This document shows, one piece after another, positions 1 through 14,700 of a stretch of 64,000 bases of DNA; within the stretch, counting starts at the first letter, position 1; every line of letters begins with the position of its first letter. Below the pieces are notes generated by a model, which was not told where the DNA came from, searched no databases, and saw nothing but the letters and a program-made list of their open reading frames with translations. A program made the translations under genes and the position numbers. The DNA comes from Negaprion brevirostris (taxonomy: Eukaryota), in assembly GCA_030324005.1 (NCBI GenBank), contig JARDVH010000110.1, positions 2,571,080 through 2,635,079 on the forward strand. The letters are read 5' to 3'.

Positions 1-229
1 ATAGTCACTGAGTCATACAGTCGTGCCGTGTAGAAAAGGTTCTTGTGTACACCAGAACGGCAGCAAAAATAACTACCGTTAAAGTTGTGTTAATCTCATT
101 CTCTTGCTGATGCCCGGAGATAGACTATAAAGAGAGACTAAATAGACTAGGTCTGTACTCGTTGGAGTTTCGAAGGATGAGGGGGGATCGTTGGAGTTTA
201 GAAGGATGAGGGGGCGAAAATTCTGGAGA

Positions 230-590
230 AGAGCATCTCTCTTGATTAGGGATAGGCAATGGTTTTGTCAGGCGGCGATCATGACTAACAAGTTTGGCTG
301 AACTTTTTCAGGCCGTGACGAAATGTATGAAGGAGGGTAATGAAGTTGATGTCGTTCATATGGATTTCAGCAAAGTCTTTGACAAGTTCCTGCATGGGAA
401 ACCTATAAAGATGGTAAATACGCGTGGAATTCAGGGTACTTTAAGAACATGGATTCGAAATTGGTACAGTTGTAGGAGCCAGCGAATAATGACAAAAGTT
501 TGATTTAATGACTTGAATACAGTATCCAGTTGTGTCCAACGGAGATCTGGGCTGGGTCTCCTATTCATTGCACTTTATTTAAATTACTGC
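230..590 (+). mobile_element. CR1 LINE reverse-transcriptase fragment
   Basis: ORF 294-503 VDVVHMDFSKVFDK...WIRNW, typical of CR1 RT. Confidence 0.85.
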
Positions 591-959
591 GTGGGTGGGA
601 TAAGCAAGAGATGTTTCATTTCAGCTCTGATTCAAATGAACCGCTGGGGAGTTTTTATTAAACAAATGTTATTTTAGGATACAGTTAAAAGGTAGCAAGA
701 ACTTTTACCAATTACAAGCAAGAAAAAGAAACAACCATGATATTGCCAATATATGAAGTGTTCCAACCAAACAATTTTCCTTAAAACATCGCCTGCCACG
801 GGTTTAATACAGACAATAGGAATGCTTGTGTTCTGCAGAAAATTGGCACTTTTGTTAAGGAATCGGAACTCCGAATTCCCAGCTTTGTAATTTCCAGCAA
901 ACCGCGATGATTTAAGTTGATTTAAATGTATTTAATGTTGTCACAGACGGCCTTATAAA

Positions 960-1300
960 CACTACTATGGACGTTTCGCTCAAAGTCCCCGAGTTGACAC
1001 ACTCCAGCGCTTGTTCGGCTACACTGAGTGAGAATCTGAGCATGGCCAATGCATTTAATCAGCATATATTTCGGACTCTGGGAGAAAACCAAAGCACCCG
1101 GAATAAACCCAGGGAAACACGGAAAAACGTGCAGAATCAAAGAACAATACAGCACAGGAAACAGGCCCTTCGGCCCTCCAAGCCTGCGCCGCTCATTGGT
1201 CCAACGAGAGCAGACTAGACCAGATTATTCCGCTCTGACAGTGGAATTGAAGCCGGTCCCTGGCGCTCTGAGGCCTCAGTGCTAATTACGGTGCCATTGT
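960..1300 (-). mobile_element. HE1-type SINE relic interrupted by a short CR1 3' tail (~1133-1210)
   Basis: agcatggccaatgca...tttcggactctgggagaaaacc...gctctgaggcctcagtgctaa resembles the reverse complement of the full SINEs at 35106 and 50557. Confidence 0.6.
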
Positions 1301-4259
1301 GCATCCCAGTAGTGATAATGCCACTGCTGGCTTCAAGGTTTTCTGAACAACTTCAAAAGACGGAATCAAAGTACATACTAGCTCACAAACCACCAATGGC
1401 GGAATTTGTACTCTCAGTGGGCAAGAAGATGGACTTCCAGCTAGCCTGCAGAGTTTACAATATCCGGGGGGTGGAGGGCGGGGTTGCGGGGAAAGAGAGA
1501 GAGAGAGAGAGAACAATGCATTCATCCTGAAGCAAAAGTACCTTCTAAGCAAACAGAAAGTGAATTTTTGAATTCGACAATGGAGGAAGCACCTGGCTTT
1601 GAGTTGACAGTCAATCTTCCCACAAAACTTCAATGTACAAAACTGCATTTAAACAACTTAAGCAACAATAAAAAACGAACTCCTAGCAGCAGCTGGTGCC
1701 ATAATGGAAACAAAAAAAGCCTGCTGACAAACTAAAGAAAACATTGCTGAGAATGCATTTCTGAATGGCAGAGCAGTGTCACAGCTGCATCTGTGTTTGG
1801 GATCTTCGTTCATTTCAAATAGCATAAAACAATTCCTTCAGTAATGAATCGATGTTTTACCATCACGAAGCTGCACCAAAGAAAGGAAACTGTTATCATA
1901 CAGCAGTTTCCTAAAGCCATAATTTCACAATGTGGTCCACTACTCATGGAAAATAGCGCAACAATTCGCTGCGAAGTGGTNNNNNNNNNNNNNNNNNNNN
2001 NNNNNNNNNNNNNNNNNNNNNNNNNNNNNNNNNNNNNNNNNNNNNNNNNNNNNNNNNNNNNNNNNNNNNNNNNNNNNNNNCATTGACTTGACAATCAATC
2101 TTCCCACAAAACTTCAATGAACAAATTATTTTTTAAACAATTTGAGTAGGAATAAAACGAGTTCTAAGCAGCAGCTGGCACTACTATGAAGACAAAAAGC
2201 CTGCTTACAAACTGCAGATGATAGGATTTAAAAAATGCATTCCTTAATGGTAGAATGGCGGCACAGTTTCATATGTGTTAGATGTCTTTGTTCATTTCAA
2301 TACGCATAAGGCAATTCCTTAGGTAATGAATCGATGTTTTATCAGCAAGAAGATGCACTAAAGAAAGTAAACTGTGAAATCACGCCATTAAGAAACTGCA
2401 GAGTGTTGCTGTATGATAACAATGTGGTCCACTACAAACGGAAAATAACACAACAGTTCGCTGTGAAGTAATTCAAACGGTCGCTCTGTGCTGCACACGA
2501 TTCTGTCCTTCTAGTCTTCTTCTTTCAGAGGGGCTTAGATGTTATCGTACCATGATTATAGTTAGCTTACAGGGACACTTATCAATCAGGAATCCAATTG
2601 AAATATTCGTTTTAGTTTGTAGATACATACCATAACATGAGCAGCTGTTTTGTTCATATTCACAAGAGGATATATTGATATTGGAACCAGTACAGTGAAT
2701 AGTCTGGATATTGGCATGAGTGATTTGCACCATGTTGCTAGGCTGAAATAATAATGTTGAGGTGAATGAGAGGTGATGACATTGAAACAAATAGGAGAGT
2801 GCAGAGGTTTCACAGTGTAGACAGAAAAGTCATTTGAAAAGCCGGAGCAATACACAGCTTTGTGGTACTGTGTCAGATTAAAGTGTGACTCACGCTTGGC
2901 TGAGGTGTGGAGATAAATCTTTGCTCAAAATGACACGATTTTTCGACTCATCTATACACAAACAATGGATGTTACAGTACGAGTCATCTGTAAGGCCGAA
3001 ATGGGCATTCTTTTGGTTTCCCAGGAATGAAGGATGGCAATGTGCTGTCGAAGCTGAAGATTCTCATGAATTGGATGGAGAAGGATACGTGAAACACTCC
3101 TGAAGAGTTTTTGAACTCATGTTCCAACGTTGAAATTGGTTGGAGAATTATTGTAGCCTGAAACAGAGCTATTTTGTAATCAGTTATGGACATTTTCTGC
3201 GTCAATTATTGTAAATATCAGAGAAATAAATACTGGAAAGCCTTCATAATCAGAACAAATTAAAAATCGCATAAGCTGCAATCTGAATCTCAGCCACACA
3301 GCAAAGCTATTTGAAAACCACAGGTCTTTATTAAAGGAGACCCACTCAATTGTCAAGTGAAACATAATGGAACAACGTCCTGCTGAAGCTCAGGTCTGCC
3401 CATAAAAAAAAAAACAAGGAATAATGGAAAGGGAGGTTGCATCGTGGAAACTTACGGGTATTGTGTCCAATTAAACTGTTGCACGTTATATTATCGATTA
3501 CTGCTTGCTACTTGCAGTATCTTTGTTGCTGACCAAAGGTAAAACAACCTTTCTTACCATTATTCCTGTGATTCGATTGGTATATTCAAATGACTTTTAA
3601 GAGAAATTGCAACTCTAACTGCTTGTTCCCTTCCGAGTTCTGTGTTCTGACTGGACTTGATGGCTTAAGGCAGAGCCCGATAGCTGTTGCATTTAACAAG
3701 TCATCATGAAACCATGCCACAAATGAGGGGATCGATAGATTTAAATGCAACAAGAAAAACATGATGCCAGTTTCAAATAACACTTCCCATTTCCTGCTTG
3801 ACATCCTGCTTGCCATATTGAGTGACATTTGGTCAACCAATATAGTATATCGAACTGGGCTCTATGTTAATTTATCCCTGGAAATTTGCATTTGCAAGCA
3901 CTGGGGTGTCTGCTTGATTAAATAGGCTACATGAATGCAAACTCCTTCACCCATGCCCCCCTCCCCCTTCTGTATTTCCAAACTCCTTGTCATACATTGT
4001 CATTCGTTCTTCCTTTCCCTTGGCCTCTTCCCTCTTCCCCTTTTGTTCACTTTATGGTACCAAACTTTCAATGAGTCTGCTACCTCACGATTCTTTCAAC
4101 TCGCCATGAATCACTAAAACGGAAGAGAAATTAAACATAAAGGCATAAGAGTTCAATTCAAACTGTGACAAAAAATGCCAATATGCACACTCACTCGTTT
4201 CACTTACAATGGCATTTCCCCTACATCCCCGCTCGAGTGCAATTCCACTGAGCCCTGAA

Positions 4260-4548
4260 CATAGCGAAGGACTGTGCAGTGAAGTGTATGGGAGGCAAGG
4301 GAGGAAATGGTGAGTCCGCTAGTAGAGATATTTGAATCATCGATAGTCATGAGTGAGATGTCTGATGACTGGAGGGTGGCAAGTACTGTGCCTTTGTTTA
4401 GGAAGGACTTCAGGGAAAAGCTTGGAATCTACATCTGTGATGGGTAGGTTGTTGGAAGGTATTTTGAGAGGCAGGATCTACAGGCATTTAGAGATGCAAG
4501 GACTGATTAGGGACAGTCAGCATGGCTTTGTGAGTGGAACGTCATGCC
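4260..4548 (+). mobile_element. CR1 ORF2 fragment
   Basis: LLEGILRGRIYRHLEMQGLIRDSQHGFVSGTSC. Confidence 0.85.
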
Positions 4549-6439
4549 NNNNNNNNNNNNNNNNNNNNNNNNNNNNNNNNNNNNNNNNNNNNNNNNNNNN
4601 NNNNNNNNNNNNNNNNNNNNNNNNNNNNNNNNNNNNNNNNNNNNNNNNGGATGGGGTGGTGGTGGGGGAGAGAGAGAGAGAGAGAGCGGGGACAGAGGTC
4701 TGCTACAAATTGATGAAAACATGAGTAAAATTGTATTTCTGAATGGCAGAGTACGGTCACAGTTTCATCTGTGTTCGATATCTTAGTTCATTTCAAATAG
4801 CATAAAACATTTCCTACGGCAATGAATCGATATTTTACCATCAAGATGCTGCACTTAAAGAAAGTACACTGTGAAATCATGCCATTGAGAAACTGCAGAA
4901 CGTTGCTGTATGATAACAATGTGGTCTACTCCAAAGCAAAAATAGCGCAACAATTCGTTATGAAGTAATTCGAACTGCCAAAACATGATTCTGTCCTTGT
5001 ACTCTTGTTCCTTCAGAGGGGTTTGGACGTTATCCTACCATGGACACAGTAAATTAACCTTCAGGGACCCTGAACAAGCAGGAATCTAAATGGGATATGC
5101 ATTCCAGATTATTGATACACGTCTCCAGTGATGTGAGCAGCTGTTCCGTTCATATTCATGGGAACATACATTATTAATTCAACCTATCATCATGTTGCAA
5201 ATCTCTCATGCCAATATCTTGATTAATATTGGGACCAGTACAGTGAATAATGTCCATGTTTTCTGATGTTCAGGAGAATGCGAGGTGATGACACTGAAAA
5301 ATAAAAGATTGTGCAGATGCTTCACAGATTAGACAAAAAGGACATTTGAACGGCCGGAGTCATACACAGCTTTGTGATACCGCGTCAGATTAATCTATCA
5401 ATCACGCTTGACTGAGGTGTGGAGATACATCTTCACTCAAAGTGACAATTTTTCCAGTCCTCTACACACGCACAATGGATATTGCAATGTTAATTCCGTA
5501 TAAGGCCGAAATGGGCACTGTTTTGGTCTCTCCCAGGAATGAAGGGCGGTAATGTGATGTTTACGCCAAAGATTCCCAATGTTTAAATTGGGTGCGGAAG
5601 GATATATGAACCACTCCTGACCATTTTTAAATCATGTTCCAACTTTCAAATTTGTTGTCATTTTATTGTAGCCTGAAACAGAGCTATATTGAAATCAGAT
5701 CTGCTCATTCTCTGCATCAATTATTGTAAATATTAGAGAAATAAATACTGGAATATCTTCTCAATCAGACAAGTTTAAAAATTGCATAAGCTGCAAGCTG
5801 AATCCAGCCACACAGCAAATCTATGCGAAAACCACAGACCTTTATTTAACAGAGATGCACATGATTTTCAAGTAAAATTTAATTGAACAATGTGTGGCTA
5901 CAGCTCAGATCTGCTTATAAAATGGAAAGAGAGGCTGCATCATGCATTCATATGTGTATAATGTTCAATTATAACTGTGGCATGTTATGTCATCAATAAA
6001 TTATGGCTTTGACCAAAGTTACATCAACTTCTCTTTCCATTATTCCTGTGCCTCCAATTGTCCAAATTATTGTAACAGAATTTGAAACTCTAACTGCTTG
6101 CCTATTTCCGAATTCTGCATTCTGACTCGACTTGATGACTTAAGTATGAGCCTGATAGCTGTAGCTTGTTACAAATCATCATGAAATCACACCGCATTTG
6201 TATAGCTAAACGATGGGAACAATGGTTCGAAACGCAACAAGAAAAAAAAATATTGTGACAGCTTCAAGCGAAATTTCACCTTTCCTCCTCTAACTTTCAT
6301 TTGTTATATTGAGAAAATATTTGTTCAGCTTATACAAAATATCTAACTGGGGATCAATGTTAATTGTTCCCTGGAAATTTTCCCTTAGAAGCATGAGAGT
6401 GTCTGCTTGACGACATGTGCGACATTAGTGCAAACTCCC

Positions 6440-8020
6440 CATCCCCGCCGCCTTTTATCTTTTTAAGATATCTTGTCATACATTGTCATCCGCCCTCCCT
6501 TTCCCTCTTCCCCTTGCATTCACTTGACAGTACCACACTTCAACAGTTTCTCAGTTTCCTCTTTATAACTTTTGTTCTTCACCACTACATCTTCATCGGC
6601 CCCTCTGTCTCTTCGTTCATCCTTATTTTCACTTTTTCTTTCAATGTCAATCATTTTGTTCACTCTTGTTCCCTCTGCCACACTTCACCATTTCATAACT
6701 GAGACCTTCTCGTCACTCTCCTTCATTCACTTCCTTTGCTCCTACGGCCTCTTTCACTCTTACCTTATTCTCTTGGCTGCCCCACCCTCTTTGCTCCTTC
6801 TGTATTTTACTTACTCTTTCCTCGCTGCACTTGGATTCTCTTGCTTTCATGTCAAAGTGTTTTCTTTTTGTCTCTCCTAATTTGGCTTATTTCTGTTTCA
6901 TTTCGTATGCTTTTTCCTCATTTTCTTCTCTCAGTCTCTTTCAATCCCACTTTAATATCCACTTTCATTTTTTCCCTCCCTTTTCGCACTTTCGCCTGAA
7001 TCAAATGATGTGCAGGCCTAGTCTTATGCAATTTTCCTCTTCTGGGCTCTCTCCCTCTCTCACACACGCACGCTCACAAACACGTTCTCAGACAAACTCT
7101 CACATAGAAACACAAACGTTTTCTCCATCCAGTTACCAAAGTAAACACGCACTATCTTACACACGTTGAGTAATAGTGTCGTAGATCTGCGGAAAAAAAA
7201 AAACCTTCAGCCAATCGAGCCTGCACTGACAACAACCACAAAAGGTGTGCTAGTGTCATTTTTCTGCACTTCTCTCATAACCTTGAAGGTTATGATATTT
7301 CAAATGATCATCAATTTGTCTAAATGTGTTTGTAAAGTTGTAAGGTTCCCGGCCTCCAAAACGTTCTCAGAATGTACATTCCAGATTGCCTCCAGCTTCG
7401 GATCGAAACGTTTTTTTTCTCTCAAGTCTCCTTTCAATCTCTATAAAATCTTGCTTCCATAGAATCACAATTTCTCACGAACGCAAAAACACTCACACGC
7501 AAACAATCTCTCTCTGACACACTTCAATAGCATTCTCACCTATAAACATTTGCAAGTACACCCAAAATCTGTCACACACATTCAAATTACACACTTAGAC
7601 TCATGCTCAATATTTACATACGTCGACACACAAAAGAAACACACACGTGACAGAACAAATGCTCTCTCTCTCTCTCTCACACACACACCCAAAGCACGCA
7701 AACCATCTGTAGCACAGCATGTGCCAAACATTCACCGTGCCGAAAACACACAAGTACACAATTATAGGCCGCAGATACACGCATGTATATACAAGAAGCT
7801 TGAAACATGTCCACAAACTCACAGAAATACATCCTAAGCTCACATACATGCATTCATATGCACGCAAGTAAAGCAATAGAAGCACACACAGGTCAGATGA
7901 ATGCACACAGGTCACATGAATGCACACACAAGTGCACAGACATTAACACTCTATCACAACACAACCACCTACATGCACACAACTTCGTTTTCTCACACAC
8001 ACGCAAACTCACAAAATTTC
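6440..8020 (+). repeat. CT-rich then CA-rich low-complexity tract (CT part paralogous to ~14400-15110)
   Basis: Base composition; yields spurious F/L/S-rich and H/T-rich ORFs. Confidence 0.8.
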
Positions 8021-9044
8021 AAACATTCTGTCAAATACTCCTTGTAGAGCAAGGCCGAATTTGAACCTGAGTTTCTGGCACTGTGAAGCAGCAGTGCTAA
8101 CTATTCTGTCACCGTGTTGTGCCGTCAGTTCATCTACCTTGTTCTGAATGTTTCGCTGATTATTTGCCGTGTTTAATCATTCTAAGATTNNNNNNNNNNN
8201 NNNNNNNNNNNNNNNNNNNNNNNNNNNNNNNNNNNNNNNNNNNNNNNNNNNNNNNNNNNNNNNNNNNNNNNNNNNNNNNNNNNNNNNNNCTGTGTTCTGA
8301 CTGAACATGACGACTTCATTCAGATTCTGATAGCTGTCGCCTTTATCCATTCATACTGAAACCACATCACAAATTTGTCTGGCCAAATTCGGGGAATAAT
8401 AGATTTAAATGTAACAAGAAAGATATTGTGACAGCTTCAAACAGCACTTAATATTTCCTGCTTGAATTTCACTTCCCATATGAAGTGAACATTTTGTCAC
8501 CGAATGTAACATATCGAATTGGGACTCGATGTCACTCTATTTTTCTGGACATTTGGCCTTGCAAGCATTAGGGCGTTTGCTTGATTAAATGTGCTACATT
8601 AGTACAAAATCCCCCACCCACGTCGCCCTTCTGTATTTTTAAAAGCTTTGTCATGCATTGCCATTCCCTCGTCCTTTCCCTAGGTTTATTCCCTCTTCCC
8701 GTTTCATTCACTTTATAGTACCACACTTCAGTTCTAGTTAAAATAATCATAAGGTAGCAGATTCATCTGAACTCACTAAGACGGAAGAGGAATTAAACAG
8801 AGATATGACAGTTCAATTCACACTGGGCTGAAAAATGCCAAAATGCTCACTCTGGCAGTGTCTCACTAAAGATGAGGTTCACTTCACACTCCCGTTCGTG
8901 TGCGATTCCACTGACCTCTGTTCGTAATAGAGAATTAGTCTCAAAGGCCATATGGACAACTGCTACTCATTTTGCACAATTTGTTTCGTCTACATTTGTT
9001 GGACGTGGAATGAGGTCTGAAAGAGAGTTTGCATTTGAGATAGC

Positions 9045-9720
9045 AGCATAGAATCATTGAACATTACAGCATGGAAGCAGGACTTTCGGCATAACTTGTC
9101 CATGCCGAACATTTTTTTTTTAAACCATGAAAGGAGGTCCAATTGCCCACACTTGGCCACAACCCTCTGCACCCATTTTACCCATATTGTTCTGGACTCC
9201 CCTACATTTGGAAACATACGTGGACCATCTAGCTGATCAATGCTTCCCATTTATTTGTAGACCTCTATAAGATCACCTCTAAGTCTCCTCCCCTCCCCCA
9301 GTGAAAAAAAGTCTCATTTTATCCAGCCTCTTCTTAGGATGCAAACCATCGAGTCTGGCGAGCATCATAACAACATAAGAACATAAGAAATAGGAGCAGA
9401 AGTAGGCCATCTAGCCCTTCGAGCCTGCCCCGCCATTCAATAAGATCANNNNNNNNNNNNNNNNNNNNNNNNNNNNNNNNNNNNNNNNNNNNNNNNNNNN
9501 NNNNNNNNNNNNNNNNNNNNNNNNNNNNNNNNNNNNNNNNNNNNNNNNTTCTGAAAATCTAGAAAGACCACATCCACCGACTCTCCTCTATCCACCGCCC
9601 GAGACACATCCTCATAGAACTCCAATAATAAATCCTTTCTGCACTCTTCCCTGCTTCTTGATATCCTTTCTACAGTAGGGTGACTAGAGCTGTGCACAGT
9701 CTTCCAAGTGCGGCCTGCCC
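9045..9720 (-). mobile_element. CR1 3'-end and RT fragments
   Basis: CR1 tails (catagaatc..., aacataagaacataagaaataggagc) and ORF 9446-9697 LLEFYEDVSRAVDRGESVDVVFLDFQ. Confidence 0.8.
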
Positions 9721-10212
9721 CTGGAGATTACTTTCCAATGTCCGTTTCCAGGTTTTGGACAGTTGGTGTCTTACCAACTGCCTTCCTCGAAATTCCTCTT
9801 TCCATTTTGAGCAAACGCTTGGCCAGCTGCATTAAAATTTTATGTTGTATCACTGTGTTAATTCTCGTATGTAAATCTTTCTTGCTTATCACGAAGGCAC
9901 GTTCATTTTTTTTAAGTAGAAGAGAAATTCAGGTAATTGCAGTTTTCTTCATTGTTTCCAACACATTAACCTTATTTTCTCCTCGAGTCTCGTCACTCTT
10001 TCTCCCTGAACTTTTTTTGCACACCTGTTCCACATCCAACATTATCTTTCTCAATTTAATCTCTCCCTGTATTTCTCTTCACCTCTCCCCCACAATCATT
10101 TTTCCTCCACTCTTCATCTCCCTTTAACTTTTACCCCAATTATCTTTGATCTACCCCGCTTTATTTTCTCCGTCCTACAGTTCCCTTCTGGACCCTCCCC
10201 CCTCCCCGCCCC

Positions 10213-10214
<2 letters not shown>

Positions 10215-10255
<41 letters not shown>
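10215..10255 (+). repeat. (CA)n microsatellite
   Basis: Direct inspection. Confidence 0.95.
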
Positions 10256-10257
<2 letters not shown>

Positions 10258-10309
10258 CTCTTCCCAGTCCCATATCCCGCCCACGTTTTTTTAATCAAAG
10301 AATCGTGAA

Positions 10310-11770
10310 TTCTGGAGCTGGCAACAAAAGGAATTTCATTACTTTTTTGATTGGAGAGGATTTCTTGAAATCTGTTTTGGAGAATGCTTTGGACGATGTC
10401 TGAGGGCCCTGCAAGGCAAGGTTCTAATTCGGGAGAATAAAGCTGGATAAGTAGTTGAGTTGGTGCTCAGGCATCATTTCAATGATAGTGATCACAACAC
10501 GGTAAAAAATTAAGCTTGTTATGGACTATGAAATAGACAAGTTGCAAGAAAGTTATGCTGGATTGGGAGAGGTCTGAGATCATAAAATGAGGCAGGATCT
10601 GGCCATCGGAGAATGGGAACAGCTACTATTAGGGAAATCGATACCAACACAGCTCAAAATGGAAATGTAGTGGGTAGAAGCACAGTATGTTCCACTGAGG
10701 GTAACATGAGGGGGTAAGACCAGAGAACCATGGACAACAATAGGTATTCAACATATGATGAAACGACACAAAAGTACAAAGAGAGCAAATCTAAGAAGGC
10801 ACTGCTGAAAGGGCAGAGAGGATCATAATAAAACAATTAGAAAAGCAAAGACTGGAAATGAGAACAAACTGGTTCCTAAACATAGGGGGAATTCCAATAT
10901 AATACATAGGTATGTAAATGGGAAGAACGGAGTAGGGCTAATTAAGGATCAAGGTGCAATGTGTAGGTGGAGCGAAATGATATTGGTAGCGTGTTGAACG
11001 AATGCATCACGACAACCTTCATCTCATCTAATCAGGATTTTGAAGATATTCAAATCAGGAGGGAGACTGCGAATTTCCTGAGCAGCTTTGCATTGGGAAG
11101 CAGATTTCTTTTTTCATGGTGAAGGCTGGCTTAAAATTAGACTTCTGGTTCAGATGAATTACGTCCCAGGATGCTGTGGNNNNNNNNNNNNNNNNNNNNN
11201 NNNNNNNNGGGTCGGGGGATTGCAAGGGGGTAGACACTATTTTTAAAATTCCTATTTCACCAATATGGGGGAAACGAAAACTACTGATGTGGTTCTACTA
11301 CAAAGAAGAATTGTGGACTTCAGCACGGGGTATGCAGACCAATGTGTTCATGTCAGTGGTGGTGGAATCACTGGAAAATATTCAGACGAAGATGTATATC
11401 TATACTGAGAGAGACAAGGCTTGATTAGGGATAGTCAGAATGATTTTGTCAGAGGGAGTTCCTGCCTAACAAATTGAGTTAGTTATTTTCTGAAAAAAAG
11501 AAGTTTAAGTGTGCAAAGAAGGATATTGCAAATGATGTAGTTCATATGGATTTCAACAAATCCTTTGACAATGTCCCACACCCTACAAAGAAGGCTTGCA
11601 CATGGGATAGGGCGCATTTTAAGAACGTGGATTCCAAATTGGCCAAGTTACTGGAGCCAGCGAATGATGAAAGAAGGCTGATTTATTGACTGAAATACAG
11701 TCTCTAATGGTGTTCCACAGATATCTGTGTTTGGGTCCCTTATTCATCGTACTTTATTTAGATGATACAA
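10310..11770 (+). mobile_element. Long degenerate CR1 ORF2 relic (part of the duplicated unit)
   Basis: gatagtgatcacaac endonuclease-end motif, gattagggatagtcagaatgattttgtc, atggatttcaacaaatcctttgacaatgtccc. Confidence 0.75.
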
Positions 11771-14700
11771 GTCACTGCGTGGCTGAAGTAAGAATGAGGT
11801 GCTTCACGTCAGCTCTGATTCAGTTGGCCCACCAAAGAGCTTTTATCAAACAAATGTTATTTAAGAATACAGTTAAAATGTACGAATTAGAAGCCACAAA
11901 ATAGCAACCATAATACCGTTAGACCATGTACAAGTATGTGAAATGTTCCAATCAAATAAACCTCTTCAGACATACCGTGCCAAAATATACCCTAGCAAAG
12001 AAAATAAGAATGCTCGCGTGATGCTGGAAATTAGTATTTTTATTAGAGAATTGAAACTCTGCATTCCCAGTTTTGCGACTTCCAGAAAACCTAGAGGATT
12101 TAAATTGATTTGAATGTATTTATTATTGGCGCAAATAGACTGAAAAAGGTCACTGGAGCTCCTGTGAAAATCGTCTCGTCGACACACTCCAGCTCTTGCT
12201 CGGGTACACTGAGTGAAATTTTTAGCATGGCTAATGCACCGAACCTGCATATCTTTTGGACATTGGGAGGAAACCAGGGCAGCCGGAGTAAATCCGTGCA
12301 GATTTCACACAGACAGTGATCCAAGCCGGGAATTGAACCTGGTCCCTGTCGCTGTGAGGCAGCAGTACAAACCTCTGTGCCACTTTGCCGTCCAGTAGCG
12401 ATTATTCCATCGCTGGCTTCGGAGTTTTTTCAAGCCGCTTCGAAGACAAAATCACACTAATAGCAAANNNNNNNNNNGTACACGAGGAAATGAAAAAAAA
12501 ATGCTTCCAAATAGCCAGCGGAATTTACAATACTAGGGAAAGAGAGAGAAAAATTCCTTGAGCCTGAAGTAAAAAATGACATCTAAACCAAACAGAAAGT
12601 GAATCCTTGGATTCCTCTGTAAGCAATCTTGCTCACAAAAGATCGATTAAAAAAAAAACGTTTAAACAACTTAAACAGTAATGAAATGAGTTGTAAGCAT
12701 CATCTGGTGCCACAATGAAAGCAAAAGGCCTGCTTACAAACTGCGTAAAACATGATTAAAAATACATTTCGTTCAGGTACAGTAGTGTCACAGATTAATC
12801 TGATTTAAATTACTCACTTCATTACAAATAGAATAATACAATTCCTCTTGCAATGATTCAGTATTTTTTCATCAAGAAGTTGGACTAAAGAAAGGAACTC
12901 GTACCATTAGGTAACTGAATAATGTTGCTTTTCGATAACAATGTGACCCACTACCAACGGGAAAATAGCACAACAATTCGCTATGAAGCAATTCAAACGG
13001 TCGCTACGTGTTACATATGTTTCTGTCCTTGCACTCTTCTTCTTTCAGAGATGCTTGGGTGTTATCGTGCCATGGACGCAATAAGTTAGCCGAAAGGGAC
13101 ATTGAGCAATCAGGAATCCAAATTGAATATTCATTCTAGATCGTAGTGGACACATTCAGTAATATGAGCGGCTGTTTTGTTCATATTTATGGGAGGATAC
13201 ATTATTCACTGTATGGGTTCCAATATTAATCTGGATGTTGGCATGACAGGTTTGCACCGTAATGTTTGGTTGGCTTAATCTCTCATTCTCCTGAATAGAA
13301 GAGAATAAGAGATGACGACCCAGAAACATATAAGATTGTGAAGCCTGTGCACAGAGTATACAGAAAAGTCATTTCAAGTTGCTTTGTGGTACTGTGTCAG
13401 ATTAAGGGAGCAGTTACGCTGGAATGAGGTAAGGAGATGCAGCTTCGCTCAAAATGGCCATATTTTTCGAGTCCTCTGCACATGATTAATGGTTGCCAAA
13501 ATGTTAAATATGTACAATGCTGGAATGTGCATTGTTTTAGTCTCCCAGGAATGAAGGGTGGAAGTTATTGAAGCTGAAGATTCCCAACGTTTGAACTGCA
13601 TGTAGAAGGAAATATGAACCACCCCAGACTATTTTATAAGTCACGTGCTATTGTTCAAATAGCTCGGCAGCATATTGTAGGCTGAAACAGAGCTATATTG
13701 AAATCACTTCTCGCTTTCTGCACTAGTTATTACAAATAGTTGCTGAATAAACACATGAAAGAGATCATAGTCACACAAGTTTAAAAAAACAAATGAACTG
13801 CATGCTAAACTTTAGCCAAACACGGAAATCAGGTGCAAACGGCAAGTATTGATTAAAGGAGACAGAGATAAGTGTCATAGAAATTTTAATTGAACAATGC
13901 ACATCTCAGTTCCGCCCATAAAATCAACACATTAGGGTATATTGTCCATTTATAACTTTTGCATGCTGCATCATCAAACAAAAATAGTTACTTCTCTGAC
14001 CAATCACACAACAATTTATCTGTCCATTGCTCCTATGTGTCCATTGGTATATGCTAATCACATGTGATAGAATTTGTGCATTTCCGAATTCTGTGTTCTG
14101 ACTGGCCTTGATCCTTTAATTCAGATAGCTCTAGTCCTTAACAAAGTATCATCAAAAGTCACCATGATTTTTTTTCTGGCTACATGGGGGAACAATATTT
14201 TATTTCCAGACAGAAGAACATTGTGACTGCCTCAAAACAACACATCACCTTCCCTGCTCTTAATTCTATTCACCATATGGAGCAAACATTTGGCCACCTG
14301 TATGGGACTGGGGCTCGATCTTATTTATTCGCTGGAAATGTGCCCTTGTAAGCATTAAGTCGTATGCTTGGTTAAATGGACAACATGAATATAAAACACC
14401 CACCACCCCCCCCATCAATATTTTCAAATGTCTTGTCATATTTGGTGATTCGCTCTTCGTCTCCCTTTGTCTCTTCCCTTTTCCTCTTCCATTCACTTGA
14501 CGGTACCCCACTTCAACACTTCCTCAATTTCTTCTTTATAACTTTTTTTATTCATCACTCCACCCTCATCTGTCCTCTACCTTTTCGTTCGTCCTTGTTA
14601 TTTCTTTTTTCCCCCTTTAATTGCAATTATCATTTTTCTTCTGCTCCCTCTGTCACACTTCATCACTTGATACCCCTGAGACCTTGTCCACACTCTCCCT

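Noticed and set aside
2529-2640. Ly6/three-finger exon suggested by GLRCY
   Set aside because: No further Cys pattern; paralogs stop after about 12 codons
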